From Dehalococcoidia bacterium (GTDB taxonomy: Bacteria; Chloroflexota; Dehalococcoidia; Lucifugimonadales; UBA3495), in assembly GCA_965218875.1 (NCBI GenBank), contig CBDCMJ010000001.1, positions 2,840 through 66,839 of the forward strand: 64,000 bases of DNA, in the 5' to 3' direction. Below, in pieces: positions 61,942 to 64,000 of the stretch. Position 1 is the stretch's first letter. Each line of letters opens with the position of its first letter. The position numbers and the translations under genes were made by a program. Below the pieces are notes generated by a model. That model did no database searches, was not told the DNA's origin, and worked only from the letters and a program-made list of their open reading frames with translations.

Positions 61942-64000
61942 ATGAAAGCGACGCTACCCAACATCAGGAAACTCGCCGGGCGCGGCAGGACCGAAACGAT
62001 TGCCGACTCGGAAGCCACCAAACACACCCAAGAACCTGCGGAACCCAAGCCGCCGCCGCCCCTGTCCCTGTTCTTCATGCTGTCCCACCTGGAAGACGAC
62101 GGGCCGGTGCGGCTGGACGGGGTGAAGCTGGCGGTGTGCGAGGTGATGGGGCTGGAGCTGGACGAACCCAAGCTGGGAGCCTTCGCCGGTTCCCTCAACG
62201 CCCTGGACTTCCCGGTGCAACTGCTGGTGCGCCAGCACCCGCCGGTCCTGGCAACCCTGAGGAGCACCCTGGCCGACGCCCAGCCCGACGATTTGCCCCG
62301 GCAGACCCGCGACGCCGCCGACTCCCTGGGCAGGTTGCTGAGCGGCCTGGAGACCCGCGAGGGCATCCTGGACCGGCGCTTCTATGCCGTCTGCGAGCAC
62401 AACCGAATGGACGAGTTGCGCGGCCTGCTGGCCAGGGCCGGCCTGGGCGTGTTCCCCCTGAACGGCCAAGCCCTGCGGCTGTTGCTGCTGGCCTCGGCCC
62501 TGGGCGGCTCCCCCAACGACCGTGACGAGGAGGAAGAGCTTTCCGTCGAGGTCAACCGGCGGGACATCCGAATCGGAAACCACCTGACCCGCTCCCTGCA
62601 CCTGGGCAAGTGGCCCCGCAGCCTGGCCCCCGGATTCCTCCAGGGCCTGATGGCCGCCGGAGCGCCAATGGACTTGGCCGTCCACCTGGACGCCATCCCC
62701 TCGGACCAGGCGGCCCGCACCCTGGAGTGGCAGAAGGTCAGGTTCGAGTCGGCGCAGAGCTTGTCCCTGAACCGGGGCCGCAGCCTGTCACCCGAGGCGG
62801 AGATCGCCCTGGAGGACGTGAGCCGCCTCCGGGACGAGGTGCAAAGGGGCCGGGAGCGGCTGTTCCACGCCTCCCTGTCGGTGACGCTGCACGCCAGTGA
62901 CACCGACACCCTCAAGGACCTGACCCAGAAGGCCCGGGCCCACTTCGCCGCCACCCTGGGCAAGCTGGACAACCTGGCCTTCCGCCAGCGCGAGGGACTG
63001 CTGTCCACCCTGCCCCTGGCCCTGAACGCCGTGGCGGTCTGGCGGACGCTGGACACCTCCAGCCTGGCAAGGCTGTTTCCCTTCTCCCCGCCGGACCTGG
63101 ACACCAGGAGCGGCACCCTCTACGGCATCGACCTGCGGGCCTGCGCCCCCATAGTCTACGACCCCTTCGACGGGACCCACCTGAACGCCAACACCGCCGT
63201 CCTGGCCCGTTCCGGCAGCGGCAAGTCCTTCGCCACCAAGCTGGGATTGCTGCGCGGGGTGTGTAGGGGCGTGCGGGCCTACGTCATCGACCCCGAGGGC
63301 GAGTACGCAGACATGGCCCGCGCCGCCGGTGGCAGGGTCTTGTCGCCTGGAATCGCGGGCCAGGGCATGAACCCCTTCGTCATCGACCGGGGCGACAGCG
63401 AGGAACTGCTCCAGCGCATTGGCAGCCTGCGCCGGCTCATCGAGGTGATGGTGGGGGAGCGGCTCAGCGCCGAGCGACGGTCGTCTTTGGACCACGCCCT
63501 GGCGGGCTACTACGCCGAGCGCCGGGAGCGCACCGGATTCCGCGATTTCTACGCCTACCTGGAGGCCGAAGGCGGCGGCGATATCGCCCACCTGCTGCGG
63601 CCCTTCGCCACCGGCAGCCTGCGCCATCTCCTCTCCGACGAGGGCGACGACCTGCTGACCCACGAGGCCCTGGTCACCGTCTTTGACCTGCACCTGCTGG
63701 AGCCGGAGCTCAGACCGGCGGCGGCGATGGTCTGCACCGAGACGGTATGGGCGGCGGCAGCCCAGGACCCCCGCCCAAGGCTGCTGGTGGTGGACGAGGT
63801 GTGGAGCATCATGCAGCACCCGGAGGGCGCGGCCTTCATGGTCTCGATGGCGAAACGCGCCCGCAAGCACCGGCTGGGGTTGCAGTTCATCACCCAGGAC
63901 GTGCAGGACCTGCTCAGCGAGGACTCCTCCCGCACCATCACCGGACACTCGGGGAGGGCGCTATTGCAGAACGCCGCCTTCAAGTTGCTGCTCCAGCAGG
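61942..64000 (+). CDS. VirB4/TrbE-like ATPase (copy B), 3' end outside window
   Basis: A GGAAAGGAG ribosome-binding site is present. MKATLPNIRKLAGRGR.. is colinear with 19274-21526. Walker A ARSGSGKSF lies near 63200 and Walker B RLLVVDEVWSIM near 63790. The ORF is open to the window edge. Confidence 0.85.
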   Translation, partial: MKATLPNIRKLAGRGRTETIADSEATKHTQEPAEPKPPPPLSLFFMLSHLEDDGPVRLDGVKLAVCEVMGLELDEPKLGAFAGSLNALDFPVQLLVRQHPPVLATLRSTLADAQPDDLPRQTRDAADSLGRLLSGLETREGILDRRFYAVCEHNRMDELRGLLARAGLGVFPLNGQALRLLLLASALGGSPNDRDEEEELSVEVNRRDIRIGNHLTRSLHLGKWPRSLAPGFLQGLMAAGAPMDLAVHLDAIPSDQAARTLEWQKVRFESAQSLSLNRGRSLSPEAEIALEDVSRLRDEVQRGRERLFHASLSVTLHASDTDTLKDLTQKARAHFAATLGKLDNLAFRQREGLLSTLPLALNAVAVWRTLDTSSLARLFPFSPPDLDTRSGTLYGIDLRACAPIVYDPFDGTHLNANTAVLARSGSGKSFATKLGLLRGVCRGVRAYVIDPEGEYADMARAAGGRVLSPGIAGQGMNPFVIDRGDSEELLQRIGSLRRLIEVMVGERLSAERRSSLDHALAGYYAERRERTGFRDFYAYLEAEGGGDIAHLLRPFATGSLRHLLSDEGDDLLTHEALVTVFDLHLLEPELRPAAAMVCTETVWAAAAQDPRPRLLVVDEVWSIMQHPEGAAFMVSMAKRARKHRLGLQFITQDVQDLLSEDSSRTITGHSGRALLQNAAFKLLLQQ

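Overview
GC-rich bacterial DNA. I cannot assign a taxon from the sequence alone, but the monoderm-style T4SS genes and the IS content would fit a Chloroflexota- or Actinomycetota-like genome. All calls are by-eye readings of the ORF track and the sequence; nothing was computed or searched.

Layout, left to right:
1. 1-3600: a visibly AT-richer islet. It holds an IS3 transposase remnant broken by three tiny hairpin insertions, then a DUF262 (ParB-like) gene whose 3' end is split off by a complete IS630-family element, then a HEPN (Rx4H) gene.
2. 3644-7829: the glcDEF glycolate oxidase operon (minus strand). A small ORF, a CYTH/CyaB-like gene and an IS630-derived MITE follow.
3. 10039-10115: tRNA-Ile(GAT) with a near-consensus promoter.
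4. About 10.06-38.3 kb: integrative conjugative element A.
   - Integration and regulation: a large serine recombinase that reads into the tRNA, plus RHH, ImmA-like and XRE genes and a divergent HTH operon.
   - Transfer genes: replication-relaxation protein, T4 coupling protein, VirB4, PrgI/VirB3-like, pilin-like and VirB6-like genes.
   - A roughly 1.1 kb conserved non-coding, repeat-rich region.
   - A leading-region-like module: primase, Rad52-type annealase, PD-(D/E)XK nuclease, SSB, RadC, N6-methyltransferase and a truncated SNF2 helicase.
5. About 38.3-51.7 kb: a retropepsin-like pair, a fused histidine kinase/OmpR regulator, and a roughly 2,860-aa repeat-rich surface protein with a C13 tract near its 5' end.
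6. About 51.8 to beyond 64 kb: a second, diverged copy (B) of the same conjugative module, in inverted orientation.

Most interesting observations:
- The conserved non-coding region shared by both ICE copies. It contains a 65-nt perfectly identical block and a compensatory stem change.
- The 23-25 nt hairpin micro-element, which always sits 3' of CCAG.
- The inverted ICE pair bracketing about 26 kb.
- The IS-disrupted DUF262-HEPN pair.
- The poly-C tract in the giant surface-protein gene.
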